Of a DNA stretch of 64,000 nt, positions 28,971 through 43,507 are shown one piece after another. Positions within the stretch are counted from its first letter, which is position 1, and every line of letters begins with the position of its first letter. The notes beneath the pieces are model-generated. The model did no database searches. It saw nothing but the letters and a program-made list of their open reading frames with translations, and had not been told where the DNA came from. The stretch covers positions 8,618,001-8,682,000 of the forward strand of contig CM022666.1 of NCBI GenBank assembly GCA_012295275.1, given 5' to 3'. This DNA is from Chrysomallon squamiferum. Lineage: Eukaryota > Animalia > Mollusca. The translations under genes were made by a program, and so were the position numbers.

Positions 28971-29687
28971 TAACAAAATAATAAATAAATAAATAAATAA
29001 TAAAAAATAAAAAATAAATAAATGATAATTTCAAAATAATAATAATATACCGCTTTAAAAGATAATAATTATATAAATAAATATATATATATAAAATAAA
29101 TAAATAAATAAATAAACAAATAATATAAAATAAAATAAAATAAAATAAAATAAAAAAAATAAAATAAAATAAAACAATATTTAAATAAATATTTAATTTA
29201 AAAAATAAAATAAAATAAAAAAATATATAAATAATTGCTATATAAATTATAATTAATAATTATAATGAAAATAAAATAAAATAAATAAACCAACAAAAAA
29301 TTAAATCAGGAACTAATTAATAATATCTATTACCAAACCAACAAAAAATCGGTTATAAAAACCACAAATACTTAAAAAATTGAAACAAATGGAGAATAAG
29401 GATTTTAATTTTTTTTTTTTTTTTTCTTTTTTAAATCTCTAGAGCTCTCACCATGTTGTCATGGAGACTTAAATCAGTGATAACTTAATGGATTAAGAAT
29501 AATTCAAAACGATAAAGCGATTAGCGTTAATCTCTTAATCTGTTAATTCACCGTGAAAAGCACTGGCTTATCTTGCACAAATCTCTGAATGAAGAATTCA
29601 GTTAGATAAACAGAAAGACAGACAAACAGATATTTTATTAAGATTCGTCTTCAGCATATATAGAAACTGAAACACAAAATAAACATA

Positions 29688-29758
<71 letters not shown>

Positions 29759-29944
29759 CTTTTATTATTTATATTATTATTTTTTGTGCCTGTGTGTATG
29801 TGTGTATTATTGGAGACTAAATAATACAAAACACAAAAGCATGTATTTATTATTAGAGATATATAAGTATTACAGTTTGTAAAATTTTGAGTATATAAAT
29901 TTATGTAATACACATATGAAAAAATAAACAAACAAACAAACAAA

Positions 29945-30005
<61 letters not shown>

Positions 30006-30047
30006 CAACAATAATATTTATAATAATGACAGAACTAGTTGTAGTAA

Positions 30048-30102
<55 letters not shown>

Positions 30103-30620
30103 AAAAATACATTTAACGTGACTTAAAAAACAATATAATTTTACACAGAAGACATTTAGAGATCAACTCATTTTCAATGGATTACCCAATAATCGCTGAC
30201 AGTCAATTTTCTGGGAAAAATAAAAAATAATAAATAAAATAAAAAAACATCCGCGGTGACAAGTTTTGTTTTTGAACGAGGAGAATTGTAGTTTTTTCTG
30301 TCTCTCTGTCTTTTAATGACAGTAAACGGAATTCAGTTTCTGTGTAACAACACTGTCAATATGAAATGTGTGCGATCTGAAACCTGAGATAGAACACACA
30401 CTGCATGAATCGTGCGGTCGTCTTCGTAGTTGTGGATGTCAGGAGCATTTGCCTTGTGTAGCGTTAATTTGTCGTCGACGAAAATCACAATGGGACAGTT
30501 TGTTGTTAGGTGGAGAAGAGACAAACAAAAATTATATTTGATTTTTTATAGGTTGCGTATTTTTAATGCATAGATTTCTTTTTTTAATTTCTATTTTTAT
30601 TTCTATTTAATTTTTATTTG

Positions 30621-30681
<61 letters not shown>

Positions 30682-33179
30682 TTATTTTTAATTTAGTTTT
30701 AAATGGAAATAATAAAGTTATTTGTTTATTTATTTATTTATTTCTTACCCAATCGCATTCTAATATATTTAGTTGATTTGTTTTTAATTTCATAAAATTA
30801 AAGCTTTAACAATGATCATTTTATTATTATTATTATTATCATCATCATCATAATCATCACCATTAATTCATTAGTTATTTCATGTTTGCCTACTAATTTA
30901 TCTGTTATAATAAAGTTAATGTTATTTTGTTTATTCTTATTTTTATTATTACTATACTATATTATATTATAATAATTATATTGTATTATATTATATTATA
31001 TATATTTTTTACTTTAAAAATTTTAATTTATTTTCTTATTTAAAATTAGGCCAGTGTGTATTTAACAGCTGGTGGAATGAAACTGACCTGTTGACAAATC
31101 CTTTTCACCAATGAATGTAGATTTCATTGTAAACGTGAATCCCTTTTATTATCAAGTCAATTTCACTGTCAAAATTACCTGCTTAATACTGTTTATTTTT
31201 TTATATTATATTTAACCCAGGCCGCTTTAAACTATTTGAATATATCAGCTAGATCATGTTTAACTATTTATATTTATATAATAATTATTTAAAGTAGATG
31301 ATATTATTTTATATAAAATATATAACATTGGTCGTATTATTTTATTTTGTATTTTAGATAGACTGAATTATACTAAATTTTAGATAGTTTAAGTTATAAA
31401 TTTTAATATGTTATATAACATGACGCTTTAATCGGTATTATATTATTTGATATTTAAGATAGATCATCTTATACTATATTATTTTTGACAATCTTATACT
31501 ATACGATATTATGTAGATCATTTTTATGATGTTATATTTTAATATTATCTTATTGTACAGTTTATGTATTATATTATATTTAACTTTCATATATATATAT
31601 AATGAAGTTAATATAACACACACTCTCTCTGTCTCTCTGTATCTGTCTCTCACAAACACACACAGACACATTCATATATCAAATATTTTACATACATACA
31701 TACACTAATACATAACGCATATTCAACAGACATGTAAGAGTGTAACAAGGCTAAATGAATACTTTAATTACGTCTCTAACTCGAGTGTTTCTCCGATTCG
31801 CAGTCAGTCGAGTGTAAAGTGACAGATGTGACGTATGAAGATTAACAGCGGATTAAAATAATCGTGGCTCGTAGGAAATGATCGTGTAAAATAATCCATG
31901 TGAAATGAAAGCGTGAAATTGTGATGGAAATATTAAAAATGTTAAAGCTCATTGTGAAATGTATCTTTATATTTGGAGTTGTAAAATGAAATTTTTTAAA
32001 AATTATTATTATTGTTATTTGTTATTATTCTGTTGTGAATTTTGTTTCATTACCGTAACTGCTTTGTTCTTTTTCTTTTCTTCCTTTTTTTTTATTTTTC
32101 AGAAATATTAATATTTTTTCCTCTTTATTCTTTATAAACGACATTGTTCTGTTGTAGTTTTGTTCTTTCAGAAGTAATAATTTTTGTTTCTTCTTTAATC
32201 TATTTAGATTTCTTTTATTGTTCTCTTCCTTTTTTTTCTTTTATTGTCCAGAAATATATATTTTTTAAATTATATTTTAGGGTCTGTTTTTAAAAGACAG
32301 TATCACAATGTAATTTTCTGTGACGGTTATTTTAATGTAAGTGGATTAAATAATTTGAAGAAAGGGTAAATTATTGAATGATTTAATAAATAAATGATGA
32401 ATAAAAAATACATGCACGAAATTTTGAATTAAAAAAAAGAGTAAAAAGCATTATTATAACGTGAAGGAGTTAAAGATAAAAAAAAATAATATAAAATAAT
32501 AATTGTAAATATAATAAAAGTAAGACAAAATAAGTGCATAATAATTATAATAATAATTAAAAAAACGTAAAATGTAAAATCATAAAATAATAAAGAAAAA
32601 TGAAATAATTAAAAAAAAAATTAAAAAAATATATATATTGCTAAATAAGCGAAAGATTAAAAAAATGCTGATACAAAAGTAAAAAGAGTAAAAATATAAA
32701 ATAACAAGAATTAATTTTTAAAATGTGTAGAAGAAAAAATATTAATGCTAAATTTATTCTCAAAAATATATCCAGTTTAATGACACATTATTTCATTTTT
32801 TAGACAAATACACAAACACTAATCATGTATATATGTGTGTATGAATGTTTGTATGTATGTATGTATATATGTATGTTTGTAGATATATAGTACGTATATA
32901 TAGTATGTATATATATGTATAAATGTGTATATATACACATATTTATAATAAAATATATAAAAGGTTAAATCAGTTTTTATCTTCTGATTCTTAGACATTC
33001 ACACAATTACTGTTGTTGTTTGTTTATTTTTACAGGATTTTTAAAATTATTTTTATGTTACAGTACATGTCTACATCGAACAGTACTTTGTAATATACAG
33101 ATTCCATGCATTATGCTGTTATATTTTATCGTTAATGCCAAATGTTAGTAATAAATATTTCTATTATACACCAGAACCA

Positions 33180-33285
33180 TCTGTGACATAATGAATGACG
33201 TCATATAGGTTATATTTCACGTGATACTGACATCTAGATATTGATTAACTGTGAACTGCGTATCTATAGCAACCGGAACTGAGTA
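33180..33285. promoter_or_regulatory. Compact motif module: CRE + E-box + RFX X-box + ETS core
   Basis: TGACGTCA (33196), TCACGTGA (33217), GTATCTATAGCAAC (33260-33273) and an overlapping CCGGAA. Confidence 0.4.
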
Positions 33286-33372
33286 ATAAAAATTATTTTT
33301 ATTTAGTAGTAGTACAGTTAGGTAAGTTTTGTGAAATATGTATTATTATTAATTTTAATCATCCGATTATAT

Positions 33373-33375
<3 letters not shown>

Positions 33376-33454
<79 letters not shown>
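33376..33454. repeat. (AC)n microsatellite
   Basis: Pure tract. Confidence 0.97.
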
Positions 33455-33457
<3 letters not shown>

Positions 33458-34190
33458 ACATTATATTAAACATAAAATACTACTAAAAATATATTAAAAT
33501 ACCAGGACATCAAAATTATTTTTTTTTTTAATAAAAACTCACGACCAAAATCAAAATGAAATAATACAATGAAAATAAATAAACAAACAAATAAATAAAC
33601 AGATAAATATTTATGTAAGTAAATACTATTACTACTACTACTACTAATTAGTATTAGTATTATAATGAATAGTACAAAACAAGATCAAATAGAATGAAGA
33701 AAAAATAAAACAAAAAATAAACAAAACAAAGTATAATGAAACAGAATAAAATAAGTTAAAACAGAATAAAATAAAATAAAATAAAACAAAATGAATTAAA
33801 ATAAAACGTAATTACAAAGAATAAAATAAAATAAAATAAAATAAAATAAAATAAAACCAAACAAAACGAAATAAAATAAAATAAAATAAAAATTATCATG
33901 AATCATGAATTTTTCACTAAGTGTTCATTCTTTATCTCATCAGACATAATTAATCTTGCTTCTTCTTCTTCTCCAATTTTTTTCCCCCTTCTTCCAAAAA
34001 GCATCAATAACTTGAACACAATTTTCGTTCTCTACCCTGACAGCTTAAAAAAGTCGACGCTAACAGCACGAGACAAATGACAGATTGGACAGCAGAAAGC
34101 AAAACTCGTTTGAATTTGTTTAGCATAATTAAGCGGTCCGCGGGGTCGCGTCGTTTGAGGGATGACACTGAGCGCGATTCCGTGTAGAGC

Positions 34191-34363
34191 GTCCAGATAT
34201 ATTCAACTGACAAATGAGTGAGGGTGATGGTGACGACGGTGGTGGGTGCGCTGATAGAGGGGGGTATGAAAATATAGTTAAGTGACAAATGAGGCAGGGC
34301 GATGGTGAAGACGGTGGTGGGTGCGCTGATAGTGGGGGCAGGGTCCAAAATATATTTAACTGA
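34191..34363. repeat. 75-bp G-rich tandem duplication, about 2.3 copies
   Basis: tgacaaatgag occurs at 34208 and 34283, gtgcgctgatag at 34246 and 34321, and a partial third copy starts at 34343. Confidence 0.9.
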
Positions 34364-34611
34364 TATATGGTGGGGGGGGGATTATGCTGATGGTGGTGAT
34401 GGGTGATGACAGCTCATGAGCGAGGTGCTTATGAGCGAGGTTTGTAACAGATAGGACACACAGCTTGGTGGGGGGAGAGGAGAGACAGAGGGGGGAGAGG
34501 AGAGATGTAAAAACGTATAAATAACACGTGACAGAGACTTGCGTCGAGCGCCTGTGAGAGAAAAAGGATGGAAAATGACTTCAGTTTATTTGTGTGTTCT
34601 TCACTTTCTGC

Positions 34612-34695
34612 CTGGGTGGGGTCTCCGGGAGTCGCTGGGTGGGGTCTCCGAGAGTCGCTGGGGGCGGTTTTCCGAGAGTCGCTGGGTGGGGACTC
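34612..34695. repeat. 23-bp GC-rich minisatellite CTGGGTGGGGTCTCCGAGAGTCG, about 3.6 copies
   Basis: Units start at 34612, 34635, 34658 and 34682. Confidence 0.92.
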
Positions 34696-34785
34696 AGTGG
34701 TCAATGAAAAAAAAAGTACACGGTTGAGATGTATGTTGGGAGTTTGAAAAAATAATTTTATATTTGTATTTTTATGTGCGTATAT

Positions 34786-34830
<45 letters not shown>

Positions 34831-35602
34831 TGTGTGTGTATATGAATGCGCGTGTGTGTGTACGTACGTAAGTACCTTTGTATGTACCTATGTATGTATG
34901 TTTCTCTGTGTATGTGTGTGTGTGTGTGTGTGTATATTTACTTATTTATTTATGTACGTTTGAATGCAAATATGTATGTATTATACATACAGATATCGTA
35001 TATATGTATATACATGTGTGTGTGTCTGTCTATATGTTTGTATGTATGTCTCTGCCTGTCTTTCTTAATAACTATCTATATATCTGTCTTTGACAACAAA
35101 AAGTTTTAAAATAATGTTTATAACAAAGGAACTTCCAAATCAAATGGTCTTAATTTCAGTTTTATTTCCTAACCTTTCAAAAAACGTTTTACAACATATA
35201 TATATATATATTTTTAATAATTACGTACTGATGTTGCGAATCTAATATATATGACTTGTATCAGCAGTTTAATATCAGATCATTTAGGCTAAACCTTCTT
35301 ACAGATTTTTCTATTCATTGTAATTGATTTCAGCTGTCGATTGACGCTGGTGTCAATTGCATTAAGAAGACGCGTTATTATATTTACCATGAAAGGAGAT
35401 TTCCTCGCACACTAAAAAATCTTTTCCTTTTATTTTATTTAATCCTAACAACGTTTATCAGTAATTAAAACTAAGTCCGATTTTCTTGGTAAATCTGATG
35501 GCGTAATACGCATTTTAATTTTATAATTTTTGAAAAAAAAAAAAAACATTAATTATTTTTTGTATTTATTAAAAAAAAATGTTTTATCATTTTTTTTTTC
35601 TT

Positions 35603-35637
<35 letters not shown>

Positions 35638-35939
35638 TTGGGTAATAGATTTATTCTTTTTCATAATGGTGGAATTAATCTAGAGATATATTTTTATTAT
35701 GAAATTGGAATTTAGACAATATGTAATCGGCTTCGACGTGAATTCTTTTGAAAACTGTGTTAAGTCAAATTAGAAAATTTAATCATTATTAAATACTGGG
35801 ACAATGGTTAAGAAACTGTATCTTTTAAGGTATACTTTATAATTATCAATGCACAGAAACAACTCTACGTGGGCGAAAGAGTTTTATATATAAATATAGA
35901 CACACACACAAACACATACACATATATAGAGAACAATAT

Positions 35940-36042
<103 letters not shown>

Positions 36043-37394
36043 GGTTTGGACAGAACGAAAGAAAGAATTTTTCTAAATATACGGGATGGTTAGTTAACAA
36101 GTGGGATTCTTGATTAATGTAAAAGTTGTGACAGTTTCATATTTCAGCCATTAAAAAACATTTTAACATTTTGTACATTCTTATCCTTATTTTCTGTCTT
36201 CAAGTTATTATTATCATCATCATCACCATCACCATCATCGTCATCATCATCATTATTATTATTATTATTCCATTTCTTCGTTATCATTTCCTTCTTGTTT
36301 TATTCTTTCTTCTTTATTCTTACTTTCGTCTTCGTCTTTTCTCTCTTACTCCCTCATCTTCATTTCTTCCTTCTATACCTCTTCTCCTTTATTTTTTATT
36401 TTTTCCTTCCTTCCTTCCGTCATTCCTTCATCTTCTTCGTCTAAGAAAAATTAATATCACATCATCTTCATCTGATCAATACGATACAAAACAACAATTT
36501 GTAAAATGTATATCTATATTTATATACACCAAATATCTGTCGTTGTGTGATAACAATGGGGAACCCATTAAGGAAATTTCTTAAGTAATTAGTTTTTGCT
36601 AATGCATTTTTTTTTTCATATTGGATTTCTACACAAAGATCAGTCTAAGAAATATTACTTTGTGTTTTCGACTCTCGTTTGTGATTGGAAGTGTAAACAT
36701 TTTACAATTTCGGCTGCTTTCAGTTTATAAATTATAGCACAAAAGTAAACATCTCGTCTTTTATGATTTAAGTTCACAGAAGTAGACAAAGACAATGTGG
36801 CGGAGAGTGCTGAACATTTTGTAAATAAAGATAATTTGTTATTTATTTGTTTGCTTTTTTAAATTTTCATTTTCTTTTATTTATTTATTATAGCATTTTT
36901 ATTTTCATTCTAATTTTTTTTTAAATTTTTCAATATTTTTAAAGAACAATAATTTATATATTTTTTTGTAAGGTTTATTCGTATTTTTTTCTTTCCTTCT
37001 TTTTTTTCTTTGTTTCGTTTTTCTTTCTTTATTTACTTATTTATTAGTTTATTTATTTATTTATTTATTTATTTATTTGATTGTTTGTTTGTTCGTTTAT
37101 TTGTTTGTTTGTTTATTTATTTATGTATTTATTTAGTTATATATTTATTAATTAACAAAGTTGTTTATTTACTTGCTAGGTAGTTTTATTTTATTTTATT
37201 TATTTATTTATTTATGTTTCTAAAACGTTTAATAATATATTTTTTTATTTTTATTTTATTTATCACAGAATTTAGTAATAGTATTATATATATATATATA
37301 AATATATATTTGTAAATAACTGTCTACATTAAACATTAAAATTACTGGTTTATTTCAATTATTTTAATTTCTAATAATTATTTTTGTCTTTCAG

Positions 37395-37438
37395 AATTTC
37401 CTGATGTCTATCACAGTACCCCAGCGAACGTCTACTTG
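37395..37438 (+). CDS. Candidate small internal exon of an unidentified gene (44 nt; xFPDVYHSTPANVYL or NFLMSITVPQRTST)
   Basis: Branch-like CTAAT (37371) and a tttttgtctttcag acceptor, with GC content rising right after the AG. The donor is TTG|gtgggt, with alternatives after 37502, 37532 and 37606. Two frames are open. The protein is not recognised. Confidence 0.35.
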
Positions 37439-37624
37439 GTGGGTGTGTCCGAGGCAGTGTGTCAGGGGAATAATAAAAAAAAAATATTAGGAAAGAAGAA
37501 AGGTAAAAGGAAAAAACAGTCGGTGATATGACGTAAGGTTCGGTTTAGATTGGGAGTGATCGGAAATCTTCGGAAATCATGGATCAAAATCGTGAATAAT
37601 ATGAAGGTAACTTTTTTTTTTCAC

Positions 37625-37666
<42 letters not shown>

Positions 37667-38187
37667 TTAATTATTATTATTATTATTTTTGTCATTAAAC
37701 AAAAATAATTTGACTTTTAAATGAAAACAAAATGATATATGTAAAAATATATGTTAAATGAATGAATGAATGAATGAAATAAAATAAAATAAAGTAAAAT
37801 AAAGTAATACAAAATAAAACCCTGTCTTCAATTTCATTGTTTCTTTTACCCCAAAATACCGAAGATATCCGAATAATTAATTAGTCTTAGACCAACACAC
37901 ACCAAATTATGTTACACCACAGTGAGACATATTGATTTTCCGGTGACGGGAAGACATTTATATGATGCCATAATGAAAACTGAGACGCTGAAAGGATGCA
38001 CCGAAATAGTGTTAGAAAAAAAAAAAAAAAAAAAAGAAGAAAATAAAAAATTCAAAACGAACCTCCAAAATGTCGATATAGTCGCGGTACTACTAGTAGT
38101 AGTAGTAGTAGTAGTAGTAGTAATAATAATAATAATAATAAAAAATTGTTGTTGTTCTTTTTCAACCAGTAGAAATAGAAGTAGTAA

Positions 38188-38228
<41 letters not shown>

Positions 38229-38395
38229 GATTAACAGACATATTAAGACAACAGAAATATAATAAATGACAAGAGTAGAGTATTTAAATATATTCTGTTA
38301 AATAAATTTAAGTAATTAAATAAATAATTAAATAAGAAATATTAATCACTAGCACTACTTGTATATAGTATTACTAAATACCATTATTTTATTAA

Positions 38396-38437
<42 letters not shown>

Positions 38438-38588
38438 TATTATTATTATTATTGCTACAGTCATGATTATAATAATGTGGTGATTATAACTATATTACTA
38501 AATATTAATAAAAAACAATAAAAACAACAATAACTAATAATAATGTATGAAAGAAAAAATAGCAAAAACAACAACAGTTATAATTATA

Positions 38589-38624
<36 letters not shown>

Positions 38625-39140
38625 GTCATCATCATCATCATTAACACTGTCTTTATCTTAACTAAATTTTCGTTTCACGTGTTTTTATTTTCACTTAAGA
38701 AACGATAAAAATTACATGTTTGTCTTCAGCGTAATCATTTTCTCAAGCCTGTAGGCTAAACAAATAATTTGGTGTTACGAAAGATTACAATAATTAAGTC
38801 AAATTGCCGATATCACGCTTGTAATTTGCGTCAAATTGTATCGATAATCGGCAGGGCTTGTTAAAGACACGTTGTAAATTGCATTTTACGAGAGTTTTAA
38901 AACTCACAAATCTCGTAAATTTCACACACGGAATTAAGAAGAAAAAAAAAAAAGAAAAAGAAAAAATAAAAGAAAAATAATTTGTTTTTGTTGTTTAAAA
39001 TAATGAAGTTTTAATTGTTGATGGTGATAATGCTTCTGGTAATGGTAATGATAATTATGATAATGATTATTATTATGATGATGATAATAATAATAATAAA
39101 TAAATTAATAATTAGGATAGAATTAAACTAATAGAGAAAT

Positions 39141-39179
<39 letters not shown>

Positions 39180-39402
39180 TTAAAACAAAAAAACAAAAAA
39201 ACAAAAATATATATATATATATATATATAAATTACATTAAAATGAAGGTCAAAATAATAAATTAATAAATAAATAAATGAAAAAAAGAAAAGAAAAAACA
39301 TAAATAAGACAACCTAACAGCACCAACAAAAATATTCTCATCATTTTAACCTGTCAAAATGTATTTCTAAATCTGACCAGTTCCTGAACTAGACAGCTGA
39401 CA

Positions 39403-39443
<41 letters not shown>

Positions 39444-40092
39444 CTATCAGTTTTATTTACATCTTATATAAACGTACTAAATTAACCCCCGCCTATGAAT
39501 ATGTCATTATTTATTTATTTACTTATTAATATATATTTTTTTGCACCACCGAGGCAAAGCTCCTGACCCGTTCTGTACCGAAATATGAAATACTGTAGCT
39601 GGCTTCTAATAAAATATTTATGAAATTTTCCAACCCCTCACCTATTACTGCATAATAATTCACGCTTCGTGATTCAGTGAAAACACAAAAGGCTTCTGCC
39701 AATTAAATTTACAGTGTTAATCTTCTTTAGGAATTAGAAGAAGAAAAAAAGTATATTTCTGTAAGTCCACGCCGTCATCGAATGTACACGTTAGATGTCA
39801 GGATTCGAGATTTTCTTAAAACAAATAACACAGTCTGAGATTTCTCAGTCATTAGAGTTCAAATGTAGATTTTGTATTGTATTTAATTGTGTTAAAATTA
39901 TAGGTGTACACAGCTTTTCTCTCATAAACACATGTACACACATTTATACATGCATACAAAAACGTACATATATATATATATACATACATACATACATACA
40001 TACACACATACATACATACATATACATATATATATATATTGTTAATGTATATATTAACAAATGAATATGCACACAAATTAAAGTTTTTTCTC

Positions 40093-40149
<57 letters not shown>

Positions 40150-41081
40150 TCTAACAATTTAAATTAATTATATATTAATTATATATAAATTTGTATTAAA
40201 CCATGTCTGTCTCTCTGTCTCTCTGTGCCTGTGTATATGTGTTTTTGTGTGTAGATGTGTGTGTGGGTGTATGTGTGTTTTTAAACTTGGATGTGGTGTA
40301 CAATTTCATGCATAAATTAAATCAGTGCACATGTGTACGCACATATCATTTTATTTATAACTCGTCATCAGCTGCACACAAAACAACAATTTTAGATTAT
40401 CAATCACACAGGCCTGACGATATAAACATTGTTGTTCTTAACACGCGGAGCTAGAAGTCTTGGTTCAGCGAGCAATTTCCACACACAGTAAACAAAAACA
40501 GAGAGGTCCACTGAACAAACAAATACACACACAAACACACAAACACACACACACACATACATATATACATACATACATACAATGCAGATTTTAAACAAAC
40601 AACAGATGGTGAAAGACGAGTGGGAAATATAACAAAAGGAAGCCATTTGAAATTTTCTGCACATCATTTGTTTTTTTTAAAACTGTTTGCGTGTGTTAAT
40701 TATAACTATTCTTATTTGAGTTTGGCATTCCTATTACTTTTATTATTTACCTGACAATAAATTGCGCGTTAAAATGTAACATTTTTATTGTTATTTTAGA
40801 CTGAAATAAAAGCGTTGTCAGTTGGTATTATTTTTATGCATGTTCTAAAAGACTGTTTTGGCGATGTGATTTGAATTTTGGATTAAATGAAAACATTAAG
40901 CGTTGAATTTTTATTGTTGCTGATTGTTTTAAATCTCGGAAAATTTTAACTAGTGCAGAAATAGTGTTACCTAGTGCTTATTGTGTGTGTGTATGTGTGT
41001 GTATTGTTATTATTATTACTATTATTATTATTGGAATACTAATTTATTTATTTACTTATTTATTTATTTATTTATTTATGT

Positions 41082-41112
<31 letters not shown>

Positions 41113-41949
41113 AATCTATTTATTTGTTAGTTTAGTTTTTCATACATATATTTAGGCATCCTTTTATTATTTATATGTTTGGTTATTGCTGTACTTTTTT
41201 TTTACTTTTCGAATATCTTTATTTTGTTTTTAAAATAAATCACCTTACAAAAAATATTTTAACGTTTCTGATATTACTGAAGACAATCTAATAGTTTTAA
41301 TATAAAATAAAATAAATACATAAGTAGCAATTTTAAATTATTAACATCATACTGTTATTGAATCTAGCGAATTACATTTGATTTCATTTGTTTTCTAAAT
41401 AATCTTTTATTAATTTTTATATGTAAAAAGAAAAACCTACTTATTCATTCTTTCATTCATTCATTCATCCATCTGTCCATTGTTTAATTAATTAATTAAA
41501 TGATCATGTTAATTTAATTTATTTTGATTTATTTATTATTTACTATTTATTTCGTTTTACATTTTTTGTTTTTGCACATTTCATAATCAAATTAAAATAT
41601 CTCTGAAATTTCGCTGTCGATATATTCAAGCACTTTTAATTCTAGTGTAAAATCTAAAATAAATAAAAATAAAAAATAAATAAATAAGATATTTTTGAAT
41701 TTTGAACGCCAAAAAAAATCTAAAATATCATAAACTAATGAAATAATAGTACTAATGATAACGATGATGATGATAATGATAACAATAATTATATATTTTG
41801 AAAATTATTATTTATGTTTCATAAATACTTTTTTTTCTTTTTAAAATACCATTATTAACATACATCTGTATATTTTTCTTTCTCGTAATGTATATTAACT
41901 TCTACCAAATGATTACAATATACTTTTTATTTTTCATTATATCTTTAAA

Positions 41950-43210
41950 AATGGTTTCCATGGAAATAAAATCACGCTGTCCTTGAAAGTAGCAATTTTT
42001 GAAAAATCCGTCTGCAATTACTTCACAGCGGTTAACGTCAAACTAAGATCCTCAGTTCTTGTACGTGAAGAAAACTGTCACGTGACACTAAACAAATTTC
42101 TTTAAAAAAATAAAATAAAATAAAAATAGTTTAAGGTTACTACAGGATAATAAGTTAGCGGCTTCAAAATCCAGCCTCAGATCTTGGGCTGAACAGCTGT
42201 CGATACCAAATGATACATTAAAATAAAAAAATAACGTAATTCGCCAGATACCACAGCACAACCCGACATCACGCTTTCCCGCAGATCTCGTGTCCACTTC
42301 CCTCGCTGTCAGTTTCACTGGAAATCCCCGCGTGACTGGACTATCGCGCTCGCGGATTTGTATCTCCTCGGCTGCCAGGAAAGACGCGATCTGGCGGCTC
42401 GGCTGTCCGTGTTTCCACGACGCCCCTAATATCGCTAATTGCGGCCTATTGTTTTCATTATCGCAACAAGATGGTTAAGCGCCGCATTTCGGCCGACCTA
42501 ATCGTATAACAGCACGTTCCTACGTCACCGCTGTCCGCCCCAAGGCTTCGGAGAAAATTACATTTTGTACAAGTTTCGTCAATTTCGCTTTCGGCAGATG
42601 CTTCGGCTTTCCTGCGAAGGGACACCGCTGAAATAAAATGTCGCTGTAACGCCGAAACTTTTGTTTTCGTTACTCAAAGACAGGACTTGGAAAAACACTT
42701 TCCCAAGCAATTAAAATACTACCGTATTAATGTTGCTAGAAGCCCCGAAAGCTTTTCGGAGAAGAGGGAAAAGTGGAAGAATCTTTTTTTTTTTTTTGGA
42801 GTGGGGGGGATAAATGAATTGAGAAACGAAAATAGCAGCGCGCGCTAATTGTCTCGTGGTAGACAGCTGACAGAACACGTTCAAAATGTGTCGTTTTCAA
42901 TCACGTGGTTTTGTCGCTATTGGCTCAGTTTTTATTTCTTATTTTTGGAACATCTTCTTGATGAATTACGTACAGTAATTCTCTGCTTCCTTGCGGTCTG
43001 TCATCTGCGCACCAAACGGAGACACATTCATTTAGACTTGACACACAGGCTGCTGGTTCAGTTCCCGTCGCTAGACGCGTCTGTTTGAAAGAATGACATG
43101 ACGTAATACGTACATATGTAACAATGGAGCCGCTAATGACGTCAGAAATTATACAAAATCATAAAACAAAACAATGATATGACGTGATAATTATATCACG
43201 ACGTAACAGT
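41950..43210. promoter_or_regulatory. Largest CpG-rich complex island (putative enhancer/promoter cluster)
   Basis: Dense CpG at 42240-42660, palindromes TTTCCATGGAAA (41955) and TGTCACGTGACA (42076), and a CRE-like cluster (43099, 43137, 43180). Confidence 0.45.
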
Positions 43211-43430
43211 ACATATGCTGCTAAATATTATCAAAATATTATGTCATAAAATTAACATGCTTTGATCTATGCATGAAAACAAATACAAGTATTGTAAATG
43301 TGAATAATGTTTATTTTAAAGCTAAAACAATTAAACAGTTTATCATTAAGCAGTATATCTACACATCAAATACTTCGTTTTTCCATATACGGTTTGGGAG
43401 AGATTATAATATTTTCAAAGTAGGAGCAAG

Positions 43431-43474
<44 letters not shown>

Positions 43475-43476
43475 TA

Positions 43477-43507
<31 letters not shown>

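Noticed and set aside
34004-34704. Repetitive ORFs (ISAPTTV x2; PSDSR x2-3)
   Set aside because: They derive from the DNA tandem repeats. The 23-bp unit is not a multiple of 3, which argues against coding.
37409-37470. miR-2-like seed TATCACAG in a weak hairpin
   Set aside because: Only the seed matches and pairing is poor. An exon explains the region better.
40745-40762. - strand tttattgtcag|gtaaat ratchet-point-like site and other CAG|GTAA hits (31176, 47911, 48657)
   Set aside because: The pyrimidine tracts are short or absent, and such hits are expected by chance in AT-rich DNA.
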